Shown piece after piece: positions 52,286 to 63,079 of a stretch of DNA of 64,000 bases (its first letter is position 1; every line of letters starts with the position of its first letter). The notes below the pieces were generated by a model. It searched no databases, was not told the DNA's origin, and saw nothing but the letters and a program-made list of their open reading frames with translations. A program made the position numbers and the translations under genes. Source of the stretch: Candidatus Omnitrophota bacterium (GTDB lineage: Bacteria; Omnitrophota; Gorgyraeia; Gygaellales; Profunditerraquicolaceae); NCBI GenBank assembly GCA_011620275.1, contig WOZK01000017.1:3237-67236 (forward strand), read 5' to 3'.

Positions 52286-53356
52286 ATGTTGAAGCATCTG
52301 GAGAAGCTCGAAGAGCGTTACTGCCGGCTGGAAGAACTGCTCGCCAGCGAAGAAGTCGTCTCTGACCTGGAAAAGTGCAGTAAATACGCCAGGGAGCTTG
52401 CGGAATTGCAGGAGCCCGTGAGGCTGCTACGTTTGCACCGTAAGCTCTCCGCCGAACTGGAAGAGTTGAAACACATGCGTCACGGGCACGAAGACCGGGA
52501 GATGGCGGAATTGGTCAACCGGGAGGAAACGGCGCTTAAACAAAAGCTCGCCGGGTTTGAAGAACGTTTGCAGTCGATGCTGGAAGAAGAGGACGGCAAC
52601 GCCGACAGGGATATCATTGTCGAGATCCGCCAGGGCACCGGCGGTATGGAGGCCGCGCTGTTCGCGGCGGTGCTCTATCGTATGTATAACAAGTACGCGG
52701 ATGGTAAGGGTTGGAAAGTGGAGCCTATGTCGGTGAGCGAAACCGAGCTGGGCGGGATTAAAGAGGTCGTTTTCAGCATCAGCGGCAAAGGCGCCTATAG
52801 ATGCATGCGTTTTGAGAGCGGGGTGCATCGTGTGCAGCGCGTCCCTGAGACGGAGTCGCAGGGACGGATACACACCTCTACGGCCACGGTGGCGGTGCTG
52901 GTGGAACCGGAAGACGTGGAAATGGCGATAGACCCGGGAGACTTGAAGATAGACACCTACAGATCCTCCGGCCCGGGCGGCCAGCATATGCAAAAAACCG
53001 ATTCCGCTGTCAGGATCACGCATATCCCCACCGGAGTGGTGGTATCTTGCCAGGATGAGCGCTCCCAGCTGAAGAACAAGAACAAGGCGATGAGGATACT
53101 GCGCGCCAAGATTCTGGAAAGGAAACAGGAGGAAGAGCGGAAAAAGGTAACCACTGAACGGCGTTCCCAGATCGGTTCCGGAGAGAGAAGCGAGAAAATC
53201 CGAACTTATAATTACCCCGACCGCCGCGTCACGGATCATCGTATCAATTTTACGGTGCACAGACTGGAAGCGGTGCTGGATGGAGAATTGGAAGAGATAT
53301 CCGGGGCATTGCTTAAAGCGGAAAAAGAAGCTAAACTAAAGGAAAAGCAGGAATAA
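52286..53356 (+). CDS. prfA: Peptide chain release factor 1
   Basis: GGQ motif (SGPGGQHMQKTDSAVRITHIPTGV). RF1-type P-x-T tripeptide region. Confidence 0.92.
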   Translation: MLKHLEKLEERYCRLEELLASEEVVSDLEKCSKYARELAELQEPVRLLRLHRKLSAELEELKHMRHGHEDREMAELVNREETALKQKLAGFEERLQSMLEEEDGNADRDIIVEIRQGTGGMEAALFAAVLYRMYNKYADGKGWKVEPMSVSETELGGIKEVVFSISGKGAYRCMRFESGVHRVQRVPETESQGRIHTSTATVAVLVEPEDVEMAIDPGDLKIDTYRSSGPGGQHMQKTDSAVRITHIPTGVVVSCQDERSQLKNKNKAMRILRAKILERKQEEERKKVTTERRSQIGSGERSEKIRTYNYPDRRVTDHRINFTVHRLEAVLDGELEEISGALLKAEKEAKLKEKQE

Positions 53357-53369
53357 CCATTTCTTTGCT

Positions 53370-54146
53370 ATGAACGAAGCGGAACTTTTATTTACCGGTT
53401 TGTTGGAATGCAACAGGATATCCCTTTGTACCGGCGGCAGGCAAAAGCTGCCGGAAGGCAAGGGGAGTTTGATCGCCGGCGTCCTGAGAAGGCGTATTAA
53501 AGGCGAACCGCTGCAGTATATACTCGGCAGGACTGAATTCATGGGGTTGGATTTTCGCGTCACTCCCGATGTGCTTATTCCCAGGCCGGAGACCGAGATA
53601 TTGGTGGAGACCGTTCTGGGATATGCCGGTAAGGCAGGAGTTCGTCCGCGCATCCTCGATATAGGCACCGGTTCCGGGTGCGTGGCGGTCAGCCTGGCTC
53701 ATTACCTGCCGCAAAGCGCTGTCTGCGCCGTGGAGATCTCCGCGGCGGCGCTTCAGGTGGCGCGGGAAAACGCCTCCGCCAACCGCTGCAGGGTGGATTT
53801 TCTGAACGCAGATTTATTCCCTCCCGGAGACGGGGAGTTTGACATTGTAGTTTCTAACCCGCCCTATATCCCGGATGGGGAGTTGGGGTTTTTGCAGCGC
53901 GAGGTGCTTTTTGAACCGCGGCAGGCCCTTAGCGGAGGTGATGACGGGCTGAATTTTTACCGCCGTATCTGCGCCGGCTGCGTCGGACACCTTGTTTCTT
54001 CCGGTCTGTTGATTGTAGAGGTCGGATACGGCCAGGCGCAAGACGTGCGCGCCCTGATTTCTTCCGTGCCCGGGATGAAAGTGGAAGATACCGTTAAAGA
54101 TTACGCGGGAATAGAACGGGTTGTTGTAGCCCGCAGGCAGTCTTAG
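53370..54146 (+). CDS. prmC: Release factor glutamine methyltransferase (HemK)
   Basis: SAM MTase motif DIGTGSG and NPPY motif (VVSNPPYIP). Confidence 0.88.
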   Translation: MNEAELLFTGLLECNRISLCTGGRQKLPEGKGSLIAGVLRRRIKGEPLQYILGRTEFMGLDFRVTPDVLIPRPETEILVETVLGYAGKAGVRPRILDIGTGSGCVAVSLAHYLPQSAVCAVEISAAALQVARENASANRCRVDFLNADLFPPGDGEFDIVVSNPPYIPDGELGFLQREVLFEPRQALSGGDDGLNFYRRICAGCVGHLVSSGLLIVEVGYGQAQDVRALISSVPGMKVEDTVKDYAGIERVVVARRQS

Positions 54147-54226
54147 AAGCGGATTTCAGAATCGTTCGTTGATTCCTGAATGTTGTGTTGTTACCGGGTT
54201 TTTGATCTTATAGCGGTTACGGCTTA

Positions 54227-54305
54227 TTGACGTTACCGTAGCCGAATATTGATACGGGTTTCATTACCTTAACCGTAGCCGGAATTTAATAAAGGAGTAG
54301 CATAA
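54227..54305 (+). promoter_or_regulatory. Conserved upstream element, copy A (CCGAATAT-N4-ACGGG-N-CCTTAACCGTAGCCG...AATAAA-GGAGT-N7-ATG), with GTTACCG-type direct repeats
   Basis: Collinear with 42085-42165. The region also holds additional (G)TTACCG/TTACGG/TAACCG repeats at 54190-54285. Confidence 0.55.
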
Positions 54306-55568
54306 ATGGACAAGCTTGTCATAGAAGGCGGGGTCAGGCTGAAAGGGGAAGTGAGCGTTTCCGGGGCCAAGAATTCGGTTCTGCCCATACTGGCGGCAAC
54401 CCTGCTTACCGACGAACCCTGTGTGCTTAAGAGGGTCCCGAACCTCAGGGATACCATGACCATGCTGAAGATATTGCGTTCCCTGGGCAAGAACGTTGAG
54501 TATGATAAAGGCACGGTGCGCATACTGGCGACAAAGCATTGCGGGTATGTAGCCGACTATAAGCTTGTTTCTACCATGCGCGCTTCTTTTTGCGTTCTCG
54601 GCCCGCTGCTCGGCAAGCTCAAGAAGGCGAAAGTGTCCCTGCCTGGCGGCTGCGTCATCGGCCTTCGGCCGGTGGACCTGCACATTAAGGGTCTGCAGGC
54701 TTTGGGAGTCGATATCGACGTGCAGGGGGGCTATGTGGTTGCCGACGCCTCCGGGCTGAAAGGCGGGTATGTTTATCTCGGCGGAGTTTTCGGCTCTTCG
54801 GTGCTGGCCACCGACAACGTGATGATGGCGGCCGTGCTGGCCCCGGGGAAGACCGTGATAGAATCGGCCGCCTGCGAACCGGAAGTGGCGGACCTGGCGG
54901 ATTTCCTGATCAAAATGGGCGCCAGAATCAAAGGCCACGGGACTCCGGTTATAGAGATCGAAGGGGTGAAATCTCTGCGCGGAGCCGAGCACAGGATTAT
55001 ACCCGACAGGATAGAGGCCGGGACTTTCATACTGGCGGCTTTAATCACCAAAGGCGATATCAAATTGAGGAACGTGATGCCGGAGCATCTGGGAGCGATG
55101 TTCGATAAATTGATCCGGGCCGGCGCCTCGCTGCAGCGGCATGACCATATGGTGCGCGCTTCCCTTAAAAAGGATTTGAAACCGGTCAGCATAACCACGC
55201 TCCCTTACCCGGGTTTCCCTACCGATATGCAGGCGCAGATAATGAGCCTGATGTGTGTCACCCCGGGTATCAGCGTGATAACCGAAAAAATATATCCGGA
55301 CAGATTCATGCATGTCGCCGAGCTTAACCGCATGGGCGCGCGCATCCAGCGTGAAGGGCCTTACGCGATCGTGGAAGGTGTAAAGAAACTTTCCGGGGCG
55401 CCGGTAATGGCCTCAGACCTGCGCGCTTCGGCTTCCCTGGTCCTTGCCGGGCTGGTGGCAGGCGGCAAAACCTCCATTTCAAGGATATATCACCTGGAAC
55501 GCGGTTATGAAGGTATAGAGGAAAAATTCAGGAACCTGGGCGCCAGGATCCGGCGCCAGAAGGAATAA
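54306..55568 (+). CDS. murA: UDP-N-acetylglucosamine 1-carboxyvinyltransferase
   Basis: EPSP synthase fold with the catalytic Cys region (LPGGCVIGLRPVDLH). 420 aa. Confidence 0.93.
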   Translation: MDKLVIEGGVRLKGEVSVSGAKNSVLPILAATLLTDEPCVLKRVPNLRDTMTMLKILRSLGKNVEYDKGTVRILATKHCGYVADYKLVSTMRASFCVLGPLLGKLKKAKVSLPGGCVIGLRPVDLHIKGLQALGVDIDVQGGYVVADASGLKGGYVYLGGVFGSSVLATDNVMMAAVLAPGKTVIESAACEPEVADLADFLIKMGARIKGHGTPVIEIEGVKSLRGAEHRIIPDRIEAGTFILAALITKGDIKLRNVMPEHLGAMFDKLIRAGASLQRHDHMVRASLKKDLKPVSITTLPYPGFPTDMQAQIMSLMCVTPGISVITEKIYPDRFMHVAELNRMGARIQREGPYAIVEGVKKLSGAPVMASDLRASASLVLAGLVAGGKTSISRIYHLERGYEGIEEKFRNLGARIRRQKE

Positions 55569-55625
55569 TTGCCCGGAGCGGAAAGGTTTTTTTCTAAAGG
55601 CGGGCGTTTACCAAGGAGCGGCAAG

Positions 55626-56189
55626 ATGGTCCTGATGATAGATAACTATGATTCTTTTACCTATAATATAGTGCAGTATCTGGCTGATCTTGGCTGCCGG
55701 GTTAAGGTGATCAGGAACGACAAGATAGATGCCGCGGGAGTGCGGCGTCTTTACCCGGAACGCATGGTCATCTCTCCGGGTCCCGGAGCTCCCCGGGACG
55801 CGGGCATATCCTGCAGCCTGATCTCGGAATTCTCCGGCAGGATACCTATCCTCGGCGTCTGCCTGGGGCACCAGTGTATAGGACAGGTTTTCGGCGGAAG
55901 AATAGTGCACGCCAAATCAATCATGCACGGAAAGACCTCGCGCATTTATCACCGCGGGAAAGGGGTGTTCCAGGGTCTGCCTAATCCGTTCGAAGCGACC
56001 AGGTATCATTCTCTGGCGGTGGAAGAAACATCTTTGCCCCGGTGTCTGGAGGTCACGGCCAGGACGAAAGACGGGGAGATCATGGGGCTGCAGCACAGGA
56101 AATACAAAGTTTACGGCGTGCAGTTCCATCCGGAATCGATATTGACCGGCTGCGGCAAACAACTTCTAAAGAACTTTCTAGCCATATGA
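55626..56189 (+). CDS. trpG: Anthranilate synthase component II (glutamine amidotransferase; TrpG/PabA type)
   Basis: Class I GATase triad region GVCLGHQ...H.E. Directly precedes trpD. Confidence 0.85.
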   Translation: MVLMIDNYDSFTYNIVQYLADLGCRVKVIRNDKIDAAGVRRLYPERMVISPGPGAPRDAGISCSLISEFSGRIPILGVCLGHQCIGQVFGGRIVHAKSIMHGKTSRIYHRGKGVFQGLPNPFEATRYHSLAVEETSLPRCLEVTARTKDGEIMGLQHRKYKVYGVQFHPESILTGCGKQLLKNFLAI

Positions 56190-57205
56190 TCGAAAGATAC
56201 ACACAACTGCTGTTTGAAGGGAAGGTCCTTTCTTCCGCGGAAATGTCGGAGGCGATGGAGATTATAATGTCCGGTTCCGAGGGGACGGATGCCGTCGCGG
56301 ATTTCCTGCGGGCGTTGTCCGGACGCGAGACCGTGGAAGAGGTTACGGCCGCCGCAGAAGTTATGCGCGTGCATTGCCTGAAGATCCATACCGGAAGGGC
56401 CGACGTGCTGGATACCTGCGGCACGGGCGGGGACAAGAAAGGGACTTTCAACGTCTCCACCGCCGCGGCGTTCGTGGCGGCCGGCTGCGGCATTACCGTG
56501 GCCAAGCACGGCAACCGCTCGGTTTCCAGCAACTGCGGCAGCGCCGATATCCTCGAGGCCTGCGGCATCAACATCTGCCTCTCTCCGGAACAGACTAAAG
56601 AATGTCTCTTGAAGACCGGAATCGCTTTTCTTTTCGCCCCGGCTTTTCATCCCTCGGTCAGGTATGCCATGCCCGCCCGCAGGCAGATAAAAGGCAGGAC
56701 TATTTTCAATCTCCTCGGACCTCTGGTCAATCCCGCCGGCACCAGGCACCAGCTCGTAGGCGTATACGAGCGCAACAAGACCTGTTTTGTCTGTGAGGTG
56801 CTGGCCAACCTGGGCTCACTCCATGTCCTGGCGGTGCACGGCAGCGACGGGCTGGACGAAATAACCATTGGTGGAGTCACTTATGTCTGTGAATTCAACC
56901 GCGGTAGCCTGCGCGAGTTTGAAATATCCCCCGAAGACATGGGGTTTTCGAGAAGGGAACTCTCTTCCATTGCCGGCAACGGTCCGGCAGCGAACGCCGT
57001 TATAATGCTCGATGTATTGAAAGGGGCCTCCGGCGCTTACCGCGACACCGTGCTGATGAACGCCGCTGTCGCTATCTACGCCGCCGACGCTGCGTCTTCC
57101 CTTGAGGAAGCGATGCAGAAGGCGGTCAGCGCGCTGGATTCAGGCCGGGCTCTGGAAAAGTTCAATCTCCTGAGAGAATTTACGGTCAAGCAGGAGAGAA
57201 AATGA
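56186..57205 (+). CDS. trpD: Anthranilate phosphoribosyltransferase
   Basis: [22 protein letters not shown] signature. ATGA overlap with the trpG stop. Confidence 0.9.
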   Translation: MIERYTQLLFEGKVLSSAEMSEAMEIIMSGSEGTDAVADFLRALSGRETVEEVTAAAEVMRVHCLKIHTGRADVLDTCGTGGDKKGTFNVSTAAAFVAAGCGITVAKHGNRSVSSNCGSADILEACGINICLSPEQTKECLLKTGIAFLFAPAFHPSVRYAMPARRQIKGRTIFNLLGPLVNPAGTRHQLVGVYERNKTCFVCEVLANLGSLHVLAVHGSDGLDEITIGGVTYVCEFNRGSLREFEISPEDMGFSRRELSSIAGNGPAANAVIMLDVLKGASGAYRDTVLMNAAVAIYAADAASSLEEAMQKAVSALDSGRALEKFNLLREFTVKQERK

Positions 57206-57987
57206 AGAAAGACATCTTGAAAGATATAGTAAAGCGTAAGAGGGAAAGGCTGGCTGCGACTACGGAGCAGCTGCCGGAAGAGGAAGTCAAAGCGAGGCTG
57301 AAGGATATCCCGCCGCCTTTGCCGTTCAGGCAGGCGATAGTAAAACCGAGGGAGATCTCTCTTATCGCCGAGGTGAAAAAAGCTTCCCCTTCGGCAGGGG
57401 TGATACGGGAACGGTTTTCCCCGGTTGAGATAGCCGCTGCTTACGAACAGGCCGGTGCCCAGGCGCTTTCCGTGCTTACCGAAGAAGACTTTTTTTACGG
57501 TTCGCCCGTTTATCTGCGGGAGATCAAGAGAAGCGTCAAGATTCCGGTGCTGCGCAAGGACTTTCTGCTTGAGCCTTACCAGGTTTACGAGTCGCGCATG
57601 CTGGGGGCCGACGCTATACTCCTGATCGCCGACCTGCTCTCCAAAGACAAGTTGAGCGAGCTGTACGGTATCGCCTCCGGTCTGGGTATGGACTGTCTGA
57701 TAGAGTCGCACGGCGAAAAGGACTTGAAGAAAGCGGTCTCTTTGCAATTTCCCTTGCTGGGATTGAATAACCGCGATCTGCGCACCCTGGAAGTGGACAT
57801 TAAGACCACGGAGAGGCTTTATCCTCTTGTGCCCAAAGACAGGAATGTGGTGGTGGAGAGCGGGATACGCAGCCGTTCCGACGTCCTTTTCCTGAAAGTG
57901 CTGGGAGTGAGCGCGGTGCTCATCGGCTCCGTTTTTATGGAGAGCGCGGATATCGGCGCCAAAGTGAACGAGGTGATGGGGTGGTAG
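57202..57987 (+). CDS. trpC: Indole-3-glycerol phosphate synthase
   Basis: IAEVKKASPS...RKDF motifs. Confidence 0.9.
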   Translation: MKKDILKDIVKRKRERLAATTEQLPEEEVKARLKDIPPPLPFRQAIVKPREISLIAEVKKASPSAGVIRERFSPVEIAAAYEQAGAQALSVLTEEDFFYGSPVYLREIKRSVKIPVLRKDFLLEPYQVYESRMLGADAILLIADLLSKDKLSELYGIASGLGMDCLIESHGEKDLKKAVSLQFPLLGLNNRDLRTLEVDIKTTERLYPLVPKDRNVVVESGIRSRSDVLFLKVLGVSAVLIGSVFMESADIGAKVNEVMGW

Positions 57988-58622
57988 CGTTAAAGCGTCC
58001 GCTGGTCAAGATCTGCGGTATAACCAGTTTGCAGGACGCGCTCGCCGCGGCCGAAGCCGGTTGCGACGCGCTGGGGTTCATTTTCTACCGCGGAAGCCCG
58101 CGTTACATTACTCCGGAGAAAGCCGCGCGTATAATCTCTTCGCTGCCGGGAAAGATATTGAAGGTCGGGGTTTTCGTGGATGCTCCGAAGGCGTACATCC
58201 TGAGAGCGGTGAAGGATTGCGCCCTCGACGCTGTGCAACTGCACGGAAAAGAACCTCCTGAATACTGCGCCGGCCTTAAGGGGATCAAATTGATAAAAGC
58301 CTTCGGACTTAAATTGCCTCCGGACCCCGCGGTTTTGAGGCAATACAGGGGGGTCTGGGCGTTTCTTTTCGACGCCTACGCTCCTAAAGCCAAAGGCGGG
58401 ACAGGGAAGGCCTTTGACTGGGATATGCTTTCCGGATTGAAGATAAAGAACAGGGTATTCCTTTCCGGCGGTCTGCACGCCGGAAACGTCGCGCGCGCGA
58501 TAAAAAAAGTCCGGCCCGACTGGGTGGACGCCGGCAGCCGCCTGGAGAGCGCCCCGGGCAAGAAAGACATATGTAAAATGTCGGCGTTCATTGCGGCAGT
58601 GACCGCGGCCGTGCATAAATAG
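57981..58622 (+). CDS. trpF: N-(5'-phosphoribosyl)anthranilate isomerase
   Basis: KICGIT...A...GAD.(L)GFIF N-terminus. 213 aa. Confidence 0.88.
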   Translation: MVALKRPLVKICGITSLQDALAAAEAGCDALGFIFYRGSPRYITPEKAARIISSLPGKILKVGVFVDAPKAYILRAVKDCALDAVQLHGKEPPEYCAGLKGIKLIKAFGLKLPPDPAVLRQYRGVWAFLFDAYAPKAKGGTGKAFDWDMLSGLKIKNRVFLSGGLHAGNVARAIKKVRPDWVDAGSRLESAPGKKDICKMSAFIAAVTAAVHK

Positions 58623-58703
58623 CTTTACCGGATTTTACGTTTGTGATAGATTAAACAAAATGTGTTAACCGGACGAAGGCGTATGCCGGACCGGAAGGAT
58701 GAT

Positions 58704-59888
58704 ATGAAAATACCTGACAAAACGGGACATTTCGGGGATTTCGGAGGGAGCTTCGTACCCGAGACGCTGGTTTGCGCCCTGCGTGAACTGGAAGACGAAT
58801 ACCTGCGCGCCGGCCGCGACCCCGGTTTCCGCAAGCAGATGGATTATTATCTCAAAGAATACACGGGGAGACCGACCCCGCTTTATCTCGCTTCCCGCCT
58901 GAGCAGTTATCTCGGCATAGGCAGGGTTTACCTGAAGAGGGAAGACCTATTGCACACCGGGGCGCATAAGATCAATAATACCGTCGGTCAGGCTTTGCTC
59001 GCTCTGCGCATGAAGAAGCCCAGAGTGATAGCCGAGACCGGAGCAGGCCAGCACGGCGTGGCCACCGCCACGGTCGCGGCACGGTTCGGGCTGAAATGCG
59101 CGGTCTATATGGGAAGAGAGGATGTGGAACGCCAGAAGCCCAACGTTTTCCGCATGAAACTGTTGGGCGCCGAGGTGGTACCGGTCACTCAAGGCTCGAT
59201 GACCTTGAAAGACGCCATGACCGAGGCCATGCGAGACTGGGTTACCAATGTCAGGAACACTTATTACGTGGTCGGCACAGTCGCCGGCCCGCATCCGTAT
59301 CCTCTTCTGGTCAGGGATTTTCAGTCCGTTATCGGACGCGAGGCAAAAAGCCAGATATTGAAGAAAGAAGGCAGGCTCCCGGATTTTCTTTTGGCCTGCG
59401 TGGGAGGCGGGAGCAACGCCATCGGTTTGTTCCATCCTTTTTACGCCGATAGGAAAGTCGTTTTTATCGGGGTGGAGGCAGCCGGCGAAGGGCTGTCGGG
59501 AAATAAACACGCCGCGAGCCTCAGCAAAGGAAAGACCGGCGTTCTGCACGGGTGCAAGTCCGCTTTTATGCAGGATGCCGACGGCCAGGTGCTTAACGCC
59601 CATTCCATAGCCGCCGGACTGGATTATCCGGGGGTCGGCCCGGAACACGCTTTTTACAAACGGAGCGGCAGGGCGGAATACGTTTCCGTAACCGACGCAG
59701 AGGCGTTGGAAGGGTTTAAACTGCTTTCCCGTACCGAAGGTATAATACCCGCCCTGGAGTCTTCCCATGCCGTAGCCTATCTGCTGAAGATGCGCAGGCG
59801 GCTGAGAAAGAATTCCATTACCGTGCTTTGCCTTTCCGGCAGGGGCGATAAGGACCTGGGGATAGTGACGCCGAGGCTTGATCTATGA
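58704..59888 (+). CDS. trpB: Tryptophan synthase beta chain
   Basis: [15 protein letters not shown]-terminus and PLP Lys region (HTGAHKINN). Confidence 0.93.
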   Translation: MKIPDKTGHFGDFGGSFVPETLVCALRELEDEYLRAGRDPGFRKQMDYYLKEYTGRPTPLYLASRLSSYLGIGRVYLKREDLLHTGAHKINNTVGQALLALRMKKPRVIAETGAGQHGVATATVAARFGLKCAVYMGREDVERQKPNVFRMKLLGAEVVPVTQGSMTLKDAMTEAMRDWVTNVRNTYYVVGTVAGPHPYPLLVRDFQSVIGREAKSQILKKEGRLPDFLLACVGGGSNAIGLFHPFYADRKVVFIGVEAAGEGLSGNKHAASLSKGKTGVLHGCKSAFMQDADGQVLNAHSIAAGLDYPGVGPEHAFYKRSGRAEYVSVTDAEALEGFKLLSRTEGIIPALESSHAVAYLLKMRRRLRKNSITVLCLSGRGDKDLGIVTPRLDL

Positions 59889-60703
59889 GTATTCACCTGA
59901 ACAGAATAGACGCGAAGTTCGAGTCTCTTGGGAGAGATAAGAAGAAAGCTTTCATAGCCTTTCTTACCGCCGGTTATCCTTCTCTCGCTGAGACGGGAAA
60001 GCTGGTGCTCTCACTGGAAAAGGCGGGCGCTGATATAGTGGAACTGGGAGTGCCTTTTTCTGATCCCCTGGCCGACGGACCGGTGATCCAGGAATCATCC
60101 CGGCAGGCGCTGCTTAAAGGCGTCACGCTGCGCAAGATCATAGCGCTGGTAAAACGATTGCGCAGGCGCACAGCCATACCGCTTTGCCTGATGACGTATT
60201 ACAATCCGGTCCTCAGCTACGGCGAAGAAAGGTTCGCCCGGGATGCGGCCGGCGCCGGGGTAGACGGCGTCATCGTGCCGGACCTTCCTCCGGAGGAAGC
60301 AGTGAATTTAAGAAAAGAATGTTCGCTCCGCGGAGTGCACACCATCTTTTTCGTTTCCCCCACCACCACTAAAGAACGCATGCGCAAGATAGCGCGGCTT
60401 TCCGGCGGGTTCATCTATTATCTTTCCGTTACCGGCGTTACCGGCGTCCGTTCATCCCTGCCGAAGGAAGCGGTCAAACAGGTGCGCCTGCTGCGCGGGC
60501 TTACCCGCAAGCCGGTATGCATGGGTTTCGGCATCTCGACTCCTGAGCAGGTGCGGGGCGTCTGCCGCGCGGCCGACGGGGCCATCGTGGGCAGCGCTAT
60601 CGTTAATTGTATCCGCGTGGAGGCGGCCGGAAAAAAAGGCGGCGCCGCGCGCGGGCTGGAGATATTTGTTTCCCTCCTGAGCAGGGAGGCCCACCGTGTA
60701 TAA
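59885..60703 (+). CDS. trpA: Tryptophan synthase alpha chain
   Basis: Full-length TrpA similarity ([14 protein letters not shown]). Overlaps the trpB stop. Confidence 0.9.
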   Translation: MSIHLNRIDAKFESLGRDKKKAFIAFLTAGYPSLAETGKLVLSLEKAGADIVELGVPFSDPLADGPVIQESSRQALLKGVTLRKIIALVKRLRRRTAIPLCLMTYYNPVLSYGEERFARDAAGAGVDGVIVPDLPPEEAVNLRKECSLRGVHTIFFVSPTTTKERMRKIARLSGGFIYYLSVTGVTGVRSSLPKEAVKQVRLLRGLTRKPVCMGFGISTPEQVRGVCRAADGAIVGSAIVNCIRVEAAGKKGGAARGLEIFVSLLSREAHRV

Positions 60704-61976
60704 AAAGACGGTGATGAAAACCGGGCTGACGGTCGTCACCTGCTCCATGCCTTGGCGGCGTTCCGTTTCTCTTGGTATATGGATAAAGGCCGGCGGCAGG
60801 CACGAGACTCGGGCGAATAAAGGCATCAGCCATGTCCTGGAACACATGCTTTTCAAGGGCAGTTCCAAGTATTCCTGCCGGCAGATAAAAGAATCCGTGG
60901 AGGGGGCGGGGGGAAGCCTGAATGGTTTCACTTCCGAAGAAGCGACATGTTATCTGGTAAAAGTCCCTGCGGCGAAAATGAGAATGGGGCTTGACATTCT
61001 TTCCGACATGGTGCTGCGTCCTTCTTTGCCTCAAGCGGATTTCACCAGGGAGAAGTCGGTGATCCTGGAAGAGCTTAAGATGTATAAGGACCTGCCGCAG
61101 AGCTATGTGTTTGGACTGCTCGATCAGTTGCTCTGGCCTGGACACCCGCTGGGTATGGGGATTATAGGTTTCGAGGATTCCCTGGCGGCGTTGACCAGGG
61201 ATGAACTGCGCAGTTACCTTCGCGGGCATTACGTCCCGGCCGGCATCGTGGTGAGCGCCGCCGGTGCTCTGGAGCATTCCGGGTTTTGTCGGATGTGCGG
61301 TACTGCTTTCGCCTCCGCCGACAAGAAAGGCAAAGGGCAGGCAGCGTATCTGCCGGTAAAAGACGCGCTTGACGCAGGCCCGAAAGTGAAACTTTTCCGC
61401 AAAGATACGGAACAGACGCATATTGCCATGGGTTTCCGCGCGTTCCCGCGCGAACATAAGTTCAAATACGCCTCGGCTCTGCTGCATATAATCCTGGGCG
61501 CCAATATGTCCAGCCGCCTCTTTCACGAGGTGCGCGAAAAAAGGGGACTGGCTTATGAGATCGGCACGCAGGTCAGGAGATTCCACGATACCGGAGCGTT
61601 TATCGTGCATGCCGGCATAGACAACGGCAAGACCGTCCAGGCGATGGAGGTCGTGATCGCCGAACTGCGCAGGATAAGGCGCAAGCCGGTGGAAAAAGGA
61701 GAGTTGAAGCGGGCAAAGGATTATTTTCTCGGACAGTTGATGCTGTCCCTTGAGGATTCAATGGAACAGATGCTTTTTACCGGAGAGGCGGTAGCGCTGG
61801 GCGGAGACATACGCACTTACGAAGAAATCGCCGCCGGTATATCCAAAGTCTCGGCGGAGGAGATAAAGGACGCGGCCGTGGAGGTCTTTACCAAGAACAA
61901 ACTGCGTTTCGCCGCCATCGGGGCGGCGGTAGACGACGAACGCGGCTTTTCGCGGCTCTGGCCGGGATTGGAATAA
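60696..61976 (+). CDS. M16-family zinc peptidase (pitrilysin/insulinase type), probably active
   Basis: Inverted zinc motif HxxEH (HVLEHMLFKGS) near the N-terminus. About 426 aa. GTG start. Confidence 0.8.
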   Translation: MYKKTVMKTGLTVVTCSMPWRRSVSLGIWIKAGGRHETRANKGISHVLEHMLFKGSSKYSCRQIKESVEGAGGSLNGFTSEEATCYLVKVPAAKMRMGLDILSDMVLRPSLPQADFTREKSVILEELKMYKDLPQSYVFGLLDQLLWPGHPLGMGIIGFEDSLAALTRDELRSYLRGHYVPAGIVVSAAGALEHSGFCRMCGTAFASADKKGKGQAAYLPVKDALDAGPKVKLFRKDTEQTHIAMGFRAFPREHKFKYASALLHIILGANMSSRLFHEVREKRGLAYEIGTQVRRFHDTGAFIVHAGIDNGKTVQAMEVVIAELRRIRRKPVEKGELKRAKDYFLGQLMLSLEDSMEQMLFTGEAVALGGDIRTYEEIAAGISKVSAEEIKDAAVEVFTKNKLRFAAIGAAVDDERGFSRLWPGLE

Positions 61977-61981
61977 AAGGT

Positions 61982-63013
61982 ATGACGGGTTTCCTGTATC
62001 TTTTCGTCACGTTGCTGGCATTGTTTCTCCTTTTTTCTCTTTCCGCCCTCTTCAGCGCTTCCGAAACCTCCATAATCGGCCTGAGCAAGATACGTCTGCG
62101 CCACCTGCTTTCCAAGGAGCCGCGCAAGGCGCAGCACATCCAGGACCTGGTGGTCAAGCTGGACAAGTTCATCGTCGCCATCTTGCTCGGCAATAATTTC
62201 GTGAACATCTCCATATCCGCCATACTCACCGCCGCGACCGTCAAGGTTCTGGGGGTTCAGTACGGCGTGTTGGTTTCGACGCTTTCGGCGACCTTCTTCG
62301 TGCTTATCTTCTGTGAGATCGTTCCCAAGACCCTGGCGATCAAGCACACGGAAAAGATCGCCATGTTCTCCGCGCCCCTGATGGGCGCTTACATACGCAT
62401 ATTCAATCCGTTAATAGTTTTTTTCGGCAGTGTCAGCGCCATGGTCCTCAAGCTTATGCGTGTCCCGCCGGTCAGGCGTTCCCCTCTGATAACAGAAGAG
62501 GAACTGCGTCTGATGATAGAGGTAGGCAAGGAAGAAGGGGTGCTTACCGATGAAGAGAGGAAAATGCTGCACCGCATTTTTGAATTCGGGGATACCCGTT
62601 TGGAAGAGGTGATGGTGCCAAGCGAGAAGATTGTCGCGGTCAGCTCGGACGCCGGGCAGGAGGAACTCCTGGCCATTTTCGTAGAACAGGGACACCAGCG
62701 GCTTCCGGTGTATCATGGCGGCAGGAATAACGTTATCGGTATCATTTACGCGCACGACCTGCTTTATATACTGCGTGACAGGCCGCTGGTGGTGGTTCAG
62801 GATCTGATACATAAGCCTTATTGCGTGCCTCCGGGGATGAGGGTCAGCGAACTGCTCAGGAAGTTCCAGTCGGACAAAATACAGATCGCCATAGTCACAG
62901 ACGAGAAAGGCCTGGCGCTGGGCCTGGTCACTCTGGAAGATTTGTTGGAAGAGATCGTAGGGGAAATAGAGGAAGAACCGGTAAAGCACCACCAGCGGCA
63001 GAAAAGAAGTTGA
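61982..63013 (+). CDS. CNNM/CorC-family membrane protein (DUF21 transmembrane domain plus CBS pair), lacking an obvious CorC_HlyC C-terminal domain
   Basis: N-terminal DUF21 with a 4-TM pattern (SASETSIIGLS). Tandem CBS domains. Confidence 0.8.
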   Translation: MTGFLYLFVTLLALFLLFSLSALFSASETSIIGLSKIRLRHLLSKEPRKAQHIQDLVVKLDKFIVAILLGNNFVNISISAILTAATVKVLGVQYGVLVSTLSATFFVLIFCEIVPKTLAIKHTEKIAMFSAPLMGAYIRIFNPLIVFFGSVSAMVLKLMRVPPVRRSPLITEEELRLMIEVGKEEGVLTDEERKMLHRIFEFGDTRLEEVMVPSEKIVAVSSDAGQEELLAIFVEQGHQRLPVYHGGRNNVIGIIYAHDLLYILRDRPLVVVQDLIHKPYCVPPGMRVSELLRKFQSDKIQIAIVTDEKGLALGLVTLEDLLEEIVGEIEEEPVKHHQRQKRS

Positions 63014-63079
63014 CCTGTTAGCGGGCGGGTGTATAATGTGGTGCGTTAGACTTTACTACGCCCAACAAGGAGGACGGCA

